The notes beneath the pieces were generated by a model. The model had not been told where the DNA came from. It saw only the letters and a list, made by a program, of their open reading frames with translations, and searched no databases. Shown here in pieces: positions 39,501 to 54,300 of a DNA stretch of 64,000 bases (position 1 is the first letter of the stretch; each line of letters begins with the position of its first letter). Position numbers and translations under genes: made by a program. The DNA is taken from positions 11,036,001-11,100,000 of the forward strand of contig OZ024740.1 of NCBI GenBank assembly GCA_964016885.1. Reading direction: 5' to 3'. Origin of the DNA: Eledone cirrhosa. Its lineage: Eukaryota.

Positions 39501-42500
39501 TGTGAGACATGGGTGGTAAATGGTATATTATAAAATGCTTACTTGAGAGGTGCAATGTTGCATGGCTGTGAGACATGTGTGGTAAATGGTAGATTATATG
39601 ATGCTTACTTGAGAGGTGCAATGTTGCATGGCTGTGAGACATGGGTGGTAAATGGTAGATTATATGATGCTTACTTGAGAGGTGCAATGGTGCATGGCTG
39701 TGAGACATAGGTGGTAAATGGTAGATTATATGATGCTTACTTGAGAGGTGCAATGTTGCATTGCTGTGAGACATAGGTTGTAAATGGTAGGTTATATGAT
39801 GCTTACTTGAGAGGCGCAATGTTGCATGGCTGTGAGACATAGGTGGTAAATGGTAGATTATATGATGCTTACTTGAGAGGTACAATGTTGCATGGCTGTG
39901 ACACATTGGTGGTAAATGGTAGATTATATAATGCTTACTTGAGAGGTGCAATGTTGCATGGCTGTGTGACATGGGTGGTAAATGGTAGATTATATGATGC
40001 TTACTTGAGAGGTGCAATGTTGCATGGCTGTGAGACATAGGTGGTAAATGGTAGATTATATGATGCTTACTTGAGAGGTACAATGTTGCATGGCTGTGAG
40101 ACATGGGTGGTAAATGGTAGATTATATGATGCTTACTTGAGAGGTGCAATGTGCATGGCTGTGAGACATAGGTGGTAAATGGTAGATTATATGATGCTTA
40201 CTTGAGAGGTACAATGTTGCATGGCTGTGAGACATGGGTGGTAAATGGTAGATTATATGATGCTTACTTGAGAGGTGCAATGTGCATGGCTGTGAGACAT
40301 GGGTGGTAAATGGTCGATTATATGATGCTTACTTGAGAGGTGCAATGTTGCATGGCTGTGAGACAGGTGGTAAATGGTAGATTATATGATGCTTACTTGA
40401 GAGGTGCAATGTTGCATGGCTATGAGACATGGGTGGTAAATGGTAGATTATATGATGCTTACTTGAGAGGTGCAATGTTGCATGGCTGTGAGACATGGGT
40501 GGTAAATGGTAGATTATATGATGCTTACTTGAGAGGTGCAATGTTGCATGGCTGTGAGACATGGGTGGTAAATGGTAGATTATATGCTGCTTACTTGAGA
40601 GGTACAATGTTGCATGGCTGTGAGACATGGGTGGTAAATGGTAGATTATATGATGCTTACTTGAGAGGTGCAATGTTGTATGGCTGTGAGACATGGGTGG
40701 TAAATGGTAGATTATATGATGCTTACTTGAGAGGTGCAATGTTGCATGGCTGTGAGACATGGGTGGTAAATGGTAGATTATAAAATGCTTACTTGAGAGG
40801 TGCAATGTTGCATGGCTGTGAGACATGTGTGGTAAATGGTAGATTTTATGATGCTTACTTGAGAGGTGCAATGTTGCATGGCTGTGAGACATAGGTGGTA
40901 AATGGTAGATTATAAAATGCTTACTTGAGAGGTGCAATGTTGCATGGCTGTGAGACATGGGTGGTAAATGGTAGATTATATGATGCTTACTTGAGAGGTG
41001 CAATGTTGCATGGCTGTGAGACATGGGTGGTAAATGGTAGATTATATGATGCTTACTTGAGAGGTGCAATGTTGCATGGCTGTGAGACATGGGTGGTAAA
41101 TGGTAGATTATATGATGCTTACTTGAGAGGTGCAATGTTGCATGGCTGTGAGACATGGGTGGTAAATGGTAGATTATATGATGCTTACTTGAGAGGTACA
41201 ATGTTGCATGGCTGTGAGACATGGGTGGTAAATGGTAGATTACATGATGCTTACTTGAGAGGTGTAATGTTGCATGGCTGTGAGACATGGCTGGTAAATG
41301 GTAGATTATATGATGCTTACTTGAGAGGTGCAATGTTGCATGGCTGTGAGACATGGGTGGTAAATGGTAGATTATATGATGCTTACTTGAGAGGTGCAAT
41401 GTTGCATGGCTGTGAGACATGGGTGGTAAATGGTAGATTATATAATGCTTACTTGAGAGGTGCAATGTTGCATTGTTGTGAGACATGGGTGGTAAATGGT
41501 AGATTATATGATGCTTACTTGAGAGGTGCAATGTTGCATGGCTGTGAAACATAGGTGGTAAATGGTAGATTATATGATGCTTACTTGAGAGGTGCAATGT
41601 TGCATTGCTGTGAGACATAGGTGGTAAATGGTAGGTTATATGATGCTTACTTGAGAGGCGCAATGTTGCATGGCTGTGAGACATAGGTGGTAAATGGTAG
41701 ATTATATGATGCTTACTTGAGAGGTACAATGTTGCATGGCTGTGACACATTGGTGGTAAATGGTAGATTATATAATGCTTACTTGAGAGGTGCAATGTGC
41801 ATGGCTGTGAGACATAGGTGGTAAATTGTAGATTATATGATGCTTACTTGAGAGGTGCAATGTTGCATGGCTGTGAGACGTAGGTGGTAAATGGTAGATT
41901 ATATGATGCTTACTTGAGAGGTGCAATGTTGCATGGCTGTGAGACATGGGTGGTAAATGGTAGATTATATGATGCTTACTTGAGAGGTGCAATGTTGCAT
42001 GGCTGTGAGACATGGGTGGTAAATGGTAGATTATATGATGCTTACTTGAGAGGTGCAATGTTGCATGGCTGTGAGACATGGGTGGTAAATGGTAGATTAT
42101 ATAATGCTTACTTGAGAGGTGCATTGTTGCATGGCTGTGAGACATGGGTGGTAAATGGTAGATCATATGCTGCTTACTTGAGAGGTACAATGTTGCATGG
42201 CTGTGAGACATGGGTGGTAAATGGTAGATTATATGATGCTTACTTGAGAGGTGCAATGTTGTATGGCTGTGAGACATGGGTGGTAAATGGTAGATTATAT
42301 GATGCTTACTTGAGAGGTGCAATGTTGCATGGCTGTGAGACATGGGTGGTAAATGGTAGATTATAAAATGCTTACTTGAGAGGTGCAATGTTGCATGGCT
42401 GTGAGACATGTGTGGTAAATGGTAGATTTTATGATGCTTACTTGAGAGGTGCAATGTTGCATGGCTGTGAGACATGGGTGGTAAATGGTATATTATAAAA

Positions 42501-45500
42501 TGCTTACTTGAGAGGTGCAATGTTGCATGGCTGTGAGACATGTGTGGTAAATGGTAGATTATATGATGCTTACTTGAGAGGTGCAATGTTGCATGGCTGT
42601 GAGACATGGGTGGTAAATGGTAGATTATATGATGCTTACTTGAGAGGTGCAATGTTGCATGGCTGTGAGACATGGGTGGTAAATGGTAGATTATATGATG
42701 CTTACTTGAGAGGTGCAATGTTGCATGGCTGTGAGACATGGGTGGTAAATGGTAGATTATATGATGCTTACTTGAGAGGTGCAATGTTGCATGGCTGTGA
42801 GACATGGGTGGTAAATGGTAGATTATATGATGCTTACCTGAGAGGGGCAATGTTGCATGGCTGTGAGACATGGGTGGTAAATGGTAGATTATATGATGCT
42901 TACTTGAGAGGTGCAATGTTGCATGGCTGTGAGACATGGGTGGTAAATGGTAGATTATATAATGCTTACTTGAGAGGTGCAATGTTCCATGGCTGTGAGA
43001 CATGGGTGGTAAATGGTAGATTATATGATGTTTACTTGAGAGGTGCAATGTTGCATGGCTGTGAGACATGGGTGGTAAATGGTAGATTATATAATGCTTA
43101 CTTGAGAGGTGCAATGTTGCATTGCTGTGAGACATGGGTGGTAAATGGTAGATTATATGATGCTTACTTGAGAGGTGCAATGGTGCATGGCTGTGAGACA
43201 TAGGTGGTAAATGGTAGATTATATGATGCTTACTTGAGAGGTGCAATGTTGCATTGCTGTGAGACATAGGTTGTAAATGGTAGGTTATATGATGCTTACT
43301 TGAGAGGCGCAATGTTGCATGGCTGTGAGACATAGGTGGTAAATGGTAGATTATATGATGCTTACTTGAGAGGTACAATGTTGCATGGCTGTGACACATT
43401 GGTGGTAAATGGTAGATTATATAATGCTTACTTGAGAGGTGCAATGTTGCATGGCTGTGTGACATGGGTGGTAAATGGTAGATTATATGATGCTTACTTG
43501 AGAGGTGCAATGTTGCATGGCTGTGAGACATAGGTGGTAAATGGTAGATTATATGATGCTTACTTGAGAGGTACAATGTTGCATGGCTGTGAGACATGGG
43601 TGGTAAATGGTAGATTATATGATGCTTACTTGAGAGGTGCAATGTGCATGGCTGTGAGACATGGGTGGTAAATGGTAGATTATATGATGCTTACTTGAGA
43701 GGTGCAATGTTGCATGGCTGTGAGACGTAGGTGGTAAATGGTAGATTATATGATGCTTACTTGAGAGGTGCAATGTTGCATGGCTGTGAGACATGGGTGG
43801 TAAATGGTCGATTATATGATGCTTACTTGAGAGGTGCAATGTTGCATGGCTGTGAGACAGGTGGTAAATGGTAGATTATATGATGCTTACTTGAGAGGTG
43901 CAATGTTGCATGGCTATGAGACATGGGTGGTAAATGGTAGATTATATGATGCTTACTTGAGAGGTGCAATGTTGCATGGCTGTGAGACATGGGTGGTAAA
44001 TGGTAGATTATATGATGCTTACTTGAGATGTGCAATGTTGCATGGCTGTGAGACATGGGTTGTAAATGGTAGATTATATGCTGCTTACTTGAGAGGTACA
44101 ATGTTGCATGGCTGTGAGACATGGGTGGTAAATGGTAGATTATATGATGCTTACTTGAGAGGTGCAATGTTGTATGGCTGTGAGACATGGGTGGTAAATG
44201 GTAGATTATATGATGCTTACTTGAGAGGTGCAATGTTGCATGGCTGTGAGACATGGGTGGTAAATGGTAGATTATAAAATGCTTACTTGAGAGGTGCAAT
44301 GTTGCATGGCTGTGAGACATGTGTGGTAAATGGTAGATTTTATGATGCTTACTTGAGAGGTGCAATGTTGCATGGCTGTGAGACATAGGTGGTAAATGGT
44401 AGATTATAAAATGCTTACTTGAGAGGTGCAATGTTGCATGGCTGTGAGACATGGGTGGTAAATGGTAGATTATATGATGCTTACTTGAGAGGTGCAATGT
44501 TGCATGGCTGTGAGACATGGGTGGTAAATGGTAGATTATATGATGCTTACTTGAGAGGTGCAATGTTGCATGGCTGTGAGACATGGGTGGTAAATGGTAG
44601 ATTATATGATGCTTACTTGAGAGGTGCAATGTTGCATGGCTGTGAGACATGGGTGGTAAATGGTAGATTATATGATGCTTACTTGAGAGGTACAATGTTG
44701 CATGGCTGTGAGACATGGGTGGTAAATGGTAGATTACATGATGCTTACTTGAGAGGTGTAATGTTGCATGAATGTGAGACATGGCTGGTAAATGGTAGAT
44801 TATATGATGCTTACTTGAGAGGTGCAATGTTGCATGGCTGTGAGACATGGGTGGTAAATGGTAGATTATATGATGCTTACTTGAGAGGTGCAATGTTGCA
44901 TGGCTGTGAGACATGGGTGGTAAATGGTAGATTATATAATGCTTACTTGAGAGGTGCAATGTTGCATTGTTGTGAGACATGGGTGGTAAATGGTAGATTA
45001 TATGATGCTTACTTGAGAGGTGCAATGTTGCATGGCTGTGAAACATAGGTGGTAAATGGTAGATTATATGATGCTTACTTGAGAGGTGCAATGTTGCATT
45101 GCTGTGAGACATAGGTGGTAAATGGTAGGTTATATGATGCTTACTTGAGAGGCGCAATGTTGCATGGCTGTGAGACATAGGTGGTAAATGGTAGATTATA
45201 TGATGCTTACTTGAGAGGTACAATGTTGCATGGCTGTGACACATTGGTGGTAAATGGTAGATTATATAATGCTTACTTGAGAGGTGCAATGTGCATGGCT
45301 GTGAGACATGGGTGGTAAATGGTAGATTATATGATGCTTACTTGAGAGGTGCAACTTTGCATGGCTGTGAGACATGGGTGGTAAATGGTAGATTATATGA
45401 TGCTTACTTGAGAGGTGCAATGTTGCATGGCTGTGAGACATGGGTGGTAAATGGTAGATTATATGATGCTTACTTGAGAGGTGCAATGTTGCATGGCTGT

Positions 45501-46340
45501 GAGACATGGGTGGTAAATGGTAGATTATATGATGCTTACCTGAGAGGGGCAATGTTGCATGGCTGTGAGACATGGGTGGTAAATGGTAGATTATATGATG
45601 CTTACTTGAGAGGTGCAATGTTGCATGGCTGTGAGACATGGGTGGTAAATGGTAGATTATATAATGCTTACTTGAGAGGTGCAATGTTCCATGGCTGTGA
45701 GACATGGGTGGTAAATGGTAGATTATATGATGCTTACTTGAGAGGTGCAATGTTGCATGGCTGTGAGACATGGGTGGTAAATGGTAGATTATATAATGCT
45801 TACTTGAGAGGTGCAATGTTGCATTGCTGTGAGACATGGGTGGTAAATGGTAGATTATATGATGCTTACTTGAGAGGTGCAATGGTGCATGGCTGTGAGA
45901 CATAGGTGGTAAATGGTAGATTATATGATGCTTACTTGAGAGGTGCAATGTTGCATTGCTGTGAGACATAGGTTGTAAATGGTAGGTTATATGATGCTTA
46001 CTTGAGAGGCGCAATGTTGCATGGCTGTGAGACATAGGTGGTAAATGGTAGATTATATGATGCTTACTTGAGAGGTACAATGTTGCATGGCTGTGACACA
46101 TTGGTGGTAAATGGTAGATTATATAATGCTTACTTGAGAGGTGCAATGTTGCATGGCTGTGTGACATGGGTGGTAAATGGTAGATTATATGATGCTTACT
46201 TGAGAGGTGCAATGTTGCATGGCTGTGAGACATAGGTGGTAAATGGTAGATTATATGATGCTTACTTGAGAGGTACAATGTTGCATGGCTGTGAGACATG
46301 GGTGGTAAATGGTAGATTATATGATGCTTACTTGAGAGGT
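33600..46340 (+). repeat. Copy 1 of a ~12.7-kb block re-occurring ~17.2-17.5 kb downstream
   Basis: Private variants recur in the same order at offsets of 17467, 17204, 17401 and 17335 (see findings). Confidence 0.85.
36700..42600 (+). repeat. 2965-bp (45-monomer) tandem higher-order duplication
   Basis: ORFs 36878/39843, 37364/40329, 37960/40925, 38803/41768 and 38919/41884 are all offset by 2965 with near-identical translations. The gatcatatgct variant is shared at ~39196 and ~42161. Confidence 0.88.
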
Positions 46341-49300
46341 GCAATGTGCATGGCTGTGAGACATAGGTGGTAAATGGTAGATTATATGATGCTTACTTGA
46401 GAGGTACAATGTTGCATGGCTGTGAGACATGGGTGGTAAATGGTAGATTATATGATGCTTACTTGAGAGGTGCAATGTGCATGGCTGTGAGACATGGGTG
46501 GTAAATGGTCGATTATATGATGCTTACTTGAGAGGTGCAATGTTGCATGGCTGTGAGACAGGTGGTAAATGGTAGATTATATGATGCTTACTTGAGAGGT
46601 GCAATGTTGCATGGCTATGAGACATGGGTGGTAAATGGTAGATTATATGATGCTTACTTGAGAGGTGCAATGTTGCATGGCTGTGAGACATGGGTGGTAA
46701 ATGGTAGATTATATGATGCTTACTTGAGAGGTGCAATGTTGCATGGCTGTGAGACATGGGTGGTAAATGGTAGATTATATGCTGCTTACTTGAGAGGTAC
46801 AATGTTGCATGGCTGTGAGACATGGGTGGTAAATGGTAGATTATATGATGCTTACTTGAGAGGTGCAATGTTGTATGGCTGTGAGACATGGGTGGTAAAT
46901 GGTAGATTATATGATGCTTACTTGAGAGGTGCAATGTTGCATGGCTGTGAGACATGGGTGGTAAATGGTAGATTATAAAATGCTTACTTGAGAGGTGCAA
47001 TGTTGCATGGCTGTGAGACATGTGTGGTAAATGGTAGATTTTATGATGCTTACTTGAGAGGTGCAATGTTGCATGGCTGTGAGACATAGGTGGTAAATGG
47101 TAGATTATAAAATGCTTACTTGAGAGGTGCAATGTTGCATGGCTGTGAGACATGGGTGGTAAATGGTAGATTATATGATGCTTACTTGAGAGGTGCAATG
47201 TTGCATGGCTGTGAGACATGGGTGGTAAATGGTAGATTATATGATGCTTACTTGAGAGGTGCAATGTTGCATGGCTGTGAGACATGGGTGGTAAATGGTA
47301 GATTATATGATGCTTACTTGAGAGGTGCAATGTTGCATGGCTGTGAGACATGGGTGGTAAATGGTAGATTATATGATGCTTACTTGAGAGGTACAATGTT
47401 GCATGGCTGTGAGACATGGGTGGTAAATGGTAGATTACATGATGCTTACTTGAGAGGTGTAATGTTGCATGGCTGTGAGACATGGCTGGTAAATGGTAGA
47501 TTATATGATGCTTACTTGAGAGGTGCAATGTTGCATGGCTGTGAGACATGGGTGGTAAATGGTAGATTATATGATGCTTACTTGAGAGGTGCAATGTTGC
47601 ATGGCTGTGAGACATGGGTGGTAAATGGTAGATTATATAATGCTTACTTGAGAGGTGCAATGTTGCATTGTTGTGAGACATGGGTGGTAAATGGTAGATT
47701 ATATGATGCTTACTTGAGAGGTGCAATGTTGCATGGCTGTGAAACATTGGTGGTAAATGGTAGATTATATAATGCTTACTTGAGAGGTGCAATGTGCATG
47801 GCTGTGAGACATAGGTGATAAATTGTAGATTATATGATGCTTACTTGAGAGGTGCAATGTTGCATGGCTGTGAGACGTAGGTGGTAAATGGTAGATTATA
47901 TGATGCTTACTTGAGAGGTGCAATGTTGCATGGCTGTGAGACATGGGTGGTAAATGGTAGATTATATGATGCTTACTTGAGAGGTGCAATGTTGCATGGC
48001 TGTGAGACATGGGTGGTAAATGGTAGATTATATGATGCTTACTTGAGAGGTGCAATGTTGCATGGCTGTGAGACATGGGTGGTAAATGGTAGATTATATA
48101 CTGCTTACTTGAGAGGTGCAATGTTGCATGGCTGTGAGACATGGGTGGTAAATGGTAGATTATATGCTGCTTACTTGAGAGGTACAATGTTGCATGGCTG
48201 TGAGACATGGGTGGTAAATGGTAGATTATATGATGCTTACTTGAGAGGTGCAATGTTGTATGGCTGTGAGACATGGGTGGTAAATGGTAGATTATATGAT
48301 GCTTACTTGAGAGGTGCAATGTTGCATGGCTGTGAGACATGGGTGGTAAATGGTAGATTATAAAATGCTTACTTGAGAGGTGCAATGTTGCATGGCTGTG
48401 AGACATGTGTGGTAAATGGTAGATTTTATGATGCTTACTTGAGAGGTGCAATGTTGCATGGCTGTGAGACATGGGTGGTAAATGGTATATTATAAAATGC
48501 TTACTTGAGAGGTGCAATGTTGCATGGCTGTGAGACATGTGTGGTAAATGGTAGATTATATGATGCTTACTTCAGAGGTGCAATGTTGCATGGCTGTGAG
48601 ACATGGGTGGTAAATGGTAGATTATATGATGCTTACCTGAGAGGGGCAATGTTGCATGGCTGTGAGACATGGGTGGTAAATGGTAGATTATATGATGCTT
48701 ACTTGAGAGGTGCAATGTTGCATGGCTGTGAGACATGGGTGGTAAATGGTAGATTATATAATGCTTACTTGAGAGGTGCAATGTTCCATGGCTGTGAGAC
48801 ATGGGTGGTAAATGGTAGATTATATGATGCTTACTTGAGAGGTGCAATGTTGCATGGCTGTGAGACATGGGTGGTAAAGGGTAGATTATATAATGCTTAC
48901 TTGAGAGGTGCAATGTTGCATTGCTGTGAGACATGGGTGGTAAATGGTAGATTATATGATGCTTACTTGAGAGGTGCAATGGTGCATGGCTGTGAGACAT
49001 AGGTGGTAAATGGTAGATTATATGATGCTTACTTGAGAGGTGCAATGTTGCATTGCTGTGAGACATAGGTTGTAAATGGTAGGTTATATGATGCTTACTT
49101 GAGAGGCGCAATGTTGCATGGCTGTGAGACATAGGTGGTAAATGGTAGATTATATGATGCTTACTTGAGAGGTACAATGTTGCATGGCTGTGACACATTG
49201 GTGGTAAATGGTAGATTATATAATGCTTACTTGAGAGGTGCAATGTTGCATGGCTGTGTGACATGGGTGGTAAATGGTAGATTATATGATGCTTACTTGA

Positions 49301-49599
49301 GAGGTGCAATGTGCATGGCTGTGAGACATGGGTGGTAAATGGTCGATTATATGATGCTTACTTGAGAGGTGCAATGTTGCATGGCTGTGAGACAGGTGGT
49401 AAATGGTAGATTATATGATGCTTACTTGAGAGGTGCAATGTTGCATGGCTATGAGACATGGGTGGTAAATGGTAGATTATATGATGCTTACTTGAGAGGT
49501 GCAATGTTGCATGGCTGTGAGACATGGGTGGTAAATGGTAGATTATATGATGCTTACTTGAGAGGTGCAATGTTGCATGGCTGTGAGACATGGGTGGTA

Positions 49600-51320
49600 A
49601 ATGGTAGATTATATGATGCTTACTTGAGAGGTGCAATGTTGCATGGCTGTGAGACATGGGTGGTAAATGGTAGATTATAAAATGCTTACTTGAGAGGTGC
49701 AATGTTGCATGGCTGTGAGACATGTGTGGTAAATGGTAGATTTTATGATGCTTACTTGAGAGGTGCAATGTTGCATGGCTGTGAGACATAGGTGGTAAAT
49801 GGTAGATTATAAAATGCTTACTTGAGAGGTGCAATGTTGCATGGCTGTGAGACATGGGTGGTAAATGGTAGATTATATGATGCTTACTTGAGAGGTGCAA
49901 TGTTGCATGGCTGTGAGACATGGGTGGTAAATGGTAGATTATATGATGCTTACTTGAGAGGTGCAATGTTGCATGGCTGTGAGACATGGGTGGTAAATGG
50001 TAGATTATATGATGCTTACTTGAGAGGTGCAATGTTGCATGGCTGTGAGACATGGGTGGTAAATGGTAGATTATATGATGCTTACTTGAGAGGTACAATG
50101 TTGCATGGCTGTGAGACATGGGTGGTAAATGGTAGATTACATGATGCTTACTTGAGAGGTGTAATGTTGCATGGCTGTGAGACATGGCTGGTAAATGGTA
50201 GATTATATGATGCTTACTTGAGAGGTGCAATGTTGCATGGCTGTGAGACATGGGTGGTAAATGGTAGATTATATGATGCTTACTTGAGAGGTGCAATGTT
50301 GCATGGCTGTGAGACATGGGTGGTAAATGGTAGATTATATAATGCTTACTTGAGAGGTGCAATGTTGCATTGTTGTGAGACATGGGTGGTAAATGGTAGA
50401 TTATATGATGCTTACTTGAGAGGTGCAATGTTGCATGGCTGTGAAACATAGGTGGTAAATGGTAGATTATATGATGCTTACTTGAGAGGTGCAATGTTGC
50501 ATGGCTGTGAGACATGGGTGGTAAATGGTAGATTATAAAATGCTTACTTGAGAGGTGCAATGTTGCATGGCTGTGAGACATGTGTGGTAAATGGTAGATT
50601 TTATGATGCTTACTTGAGAGGTGCAATGTTGCATGGCTGTGAGACATAGGTGGTAAATGGTAGATTATAAAATGCTTACTTGAGAGGTGCAATGTTGCAT
50701 GGCTGTGAGACATGGGTGGTAAATGGTAGATTATATGATGCTTACTTGAGAGGTGCAATGTTGCATGGCTGTGAGACATGGGTGGTAAATGGTAGATTAT
50801 ATGATGCTTACTTGAGAGGTGCAATGTTGCATGGCTGTGAGACATGGGTGGTAAATGGTAGATTATATGATGCTTACTTGAGAGGTGCAATGTTGCATGG
50901 CTGTGAGACATGGGTGGTAAATGGTAGATTATATGATGCTTACTTGAGAGGTACAATGTTGCATGGCTGTGAGACATGGGTGGTAAATGGTAGATTACAT
51001 GATGCTTACTTGAGAGGTGTAATGTTGCATGGCTGTGAGACATGGCTGGTAAATGGTAGATTATATGATGCTTACTTGAGAGGTGCAATGTTGCATGGCT
51101 GTGAGACATGGGTGGTAAATGGTAGATTATATGATGCTTACTTGAGAGGTGCAATGTTGCATGGCTGTGAGACATGGGTGGTAAATGGTAGATTATATAA
51201 TGCTTACTTGAGAGGTGCAATGTTGCATTGTTGTGAGACATGGGTGGTAAATGGTAGATTATATGATGCTTACTTGAGAGGTGCAATGTTGCATGGCTGT
51301 GAAACATAGGTGGTAAATGG
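49600..51320 (+). repeat. 858-bp (13-monomer) tandem duplication
   Basis: Identical 209-aa ORFs at 49822 and 50680; offset 858 = 13 x 66. Confidence 0.85.
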
Positions 51321-54300
51321 TAGATTATATGATGCTTACTTGAGAGGTGCAATGTTGCATTGCTGTGAGACATAGGTGGTAAATGGTAGGTTATATGATG
51401 CTTACTTGAGAGGCGCAATGTTGCATGGCTGTGAGACATAGGTGGTAAATGGTAGATTATATGATGCTTACTTGAGAGGTACAATGTTGCATGGCTGTGA
51501 CACATTGGTGGTAAATGGTAGATTATATAATGCTTACTTGAGAGGTGCAATGTGCATGGCTGTGAGACATAGGTGGTAAATTGTAGATTATATGATGCTT
51601 ACTTGAGAGGTGCAATGTTGCATGGCTGTGAGACGTAGGTGGTAAATGGTAGATAATATGATGCTTACTTGAGAGGTGCAATGTTGCATGGCTGTGAGAC
51701 ATGGGTGGTAAATGGTAGATTATATGATGCTTACTTGAGAGGTGCAATGTTGCATGGCTGTGAGACATGGGTGGTAAATGGTAGATTATATGATGCTTAC
51801 TTGAGAGGTGCAATGTTGCATGGCTGTGAGACATGGGTGGTAAATGGTAGATTATATAATGCTTACTTGAGAGGTGCAATGTTGCATGGCTGTGAGACAT
51901 GGGTGGTAAATGGTAGATTATATGCTGCTTACTTGAGAGGTACAATGTTGCATGGCTGTGAGACATGGGTGGTAAATGGTAGATTATATGATGCTTACTT
52001 GAGAGGTGCAATGTTGTATGGCTGTGAGACATGGGTGGTAAATGGTAGATTATATGATGCTTACTTGAGAGGTGCAATGTTGCATGGCTGTGAGACATGG
52101 GTGGTAAATGGTAGATTATAAAATGCTTACTTGAGAGGTGCAATGTTGCATGGCTGTGAGACATGTGTGGTAAATGGTAGATTTTATGATGCTTACTTGA
52201 GAGGTGCAATGTTGCATGGCTGTGAGACATGGGTGGTAAATGGTATATTATAAAATGCTTACTTGAGAGGTGCAATGTTGCATGGCTGTGAGACATGTGT
52301 GGTAAATGGTAGATTATATGATGCTTACTTGAGAGGTGCAATGTTGCATGGCTGTGAGACATGGGTGGTAAATGGTAGATTATATGATGCTTACTTGAGA
52401 GGTGCAATGTTGCATGGCTGTGAGACATGGGTGGTAAATGGTAGATTATATGATGCTTACTTGAGAGGTGCAATGTTGCATGGCTGTGAGACATGGGTGG
52501 TAAATGGTAGATTATATGATGCTTACTTGAGAGGTGCAATGTTGCATGGCTGTGAGACATGGGTGGTAAATGGTAGATTATATGATGCTTACTTGAGAGG
52601 TGCAATGTTCCATGGCTGTAAGACATGGGTGGTAAATGGTAGATTATATGATGCTTACTTGAGAGGTGCAATGTTGCATGGCTGTGAGACATGGGTGGTA
52701 AATGGTAGATTATATAATGCTTACTTGAGAGGTGCAATGTTCCATGGCTGTAAGACATGGGTGGTAAATGGTAGATTATATGATGCTTACTTGAGAGGTG
52801 CAATGTTGCATGGCTGTGAGACATGGGTGGTAAATGGTAGATTATATAATGCTTACTTGAGAGGTGCAATGTTGCATTGCTGTGAGACATGGGTGGTAAA
52901 TGGTAGATTATATGATGCTTACTTGAGAGGTGCAATGGTGCATGGCTGTGAGACATAGGTGGTAAATGGTAGATTATATGATGCTTACTTGAGAGGTGCA
53001 ATGTTGCATGGCTGTGAGACGTAGGTGGTAAATGGTAGATTATATGATGCTTACTTGAGAGGTACAATGTTGCATGGCTGTGAGACATGGGTGGTAAATG
53101 GTAGATTATATGATGCTTACTTGAGAGGTACAATGTTGCATGGCTGTGAGACATGGGTGGTAAATGGTAGATTATATGATGCTTACTTGAGAGGTACAAT
53201 GTTGCATGGCTGTGAGACATGTGTGGTAAATGGTAGATTATATGATGCTTACTTGAGAGGTGCTATGTTGCATGGCTGTGAGACATGGGTGGTAAATGGT
53301 AGATTATATAATGCTTACTTGAGAGGTGCAATGTTGCATGGCTGTGAGACATGGGTGGTAAATGGTAGATTATAAAATGCTTACTTGAGAGGTGCAATGT
53401 TGCATGGCTGTGAGACATGTGTGGTAAATGGTAGATTTTATGATGCTTACTTGAGAGGTGCAATGTTGCATGGCTGTGAGACATGGGTGGTAAATGGTAT
53501 ATTATAAAATGCTTACTTGAGAGGTGCAATGTTGCATGGCTGTGAGACATGTGTGGTAAATGGTAGATTATATGATGCTTACTTGAGAGGTGCAATGTTG
53601 CATGGCTGTGAGACATGGGTGGTAAATGGTAGATTATATGATGCTTACTTGAGAGGTGCAATGTTGCATGGCTGTGAGACATGGGTGGTAAATGGTAGAT
53701 TATATGATGCTTACTTGAGAGGTGCAATGTTGCATGGCTGTGAGACATGGGTGGTAAATGGTAGATTATATGATGCTTACTTGAGAGGTGCAATGTTGCA
53801 TGGCTGTGAGACATGGGTGGTAAATGGTAGATTATATGATGCTTACCTGAGAGGGGCAATGTTGCATGGCTGTGAGACATGGGTGGTAAATGGTAGATTA
53901 TATGATGCTTACTTGAGAGGTGCAATGTTGCATGGCTGTGAGACATGGGTGGTAAATGGTAGATTATATAATGCTTACTTGAGAGGTGCAATGTTCCATG
54001 GCTGTGAGACATGGGTGGTAAATGGTAGATTATATGATGCTTACTTGAGAGGTGCAATGTTGCATGGCTGTGAGACATGGGTGGTAAATGGTAGATTATA
54101 TAATGCTTACTTGAGAGGTGCAATGTTGCATTGCTGTGAGACATGGGTGGTAAATGGTAGATTATATGATGCTTACTTGAGAGGTGCAATGGTGCATGGC
54201 TGTGAGACATAGGTGGTAAATGGTAGATTATATGATGCTTACTTGAGAGGTGCAATGTTGCATTGCTGTGAGACATAGGTTTTAAATGGTAGGTTATATG

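Noticed and set aside
48871-48900. Monomer reading gtaaaGggtagattatataat, resembling the founding junction (aagggtagattatataat)
   Set aside because: It is a single T>G substitution within a cassette whose sister copies have aaat. No flank sequence accompanies it, so coincidence is most likely.
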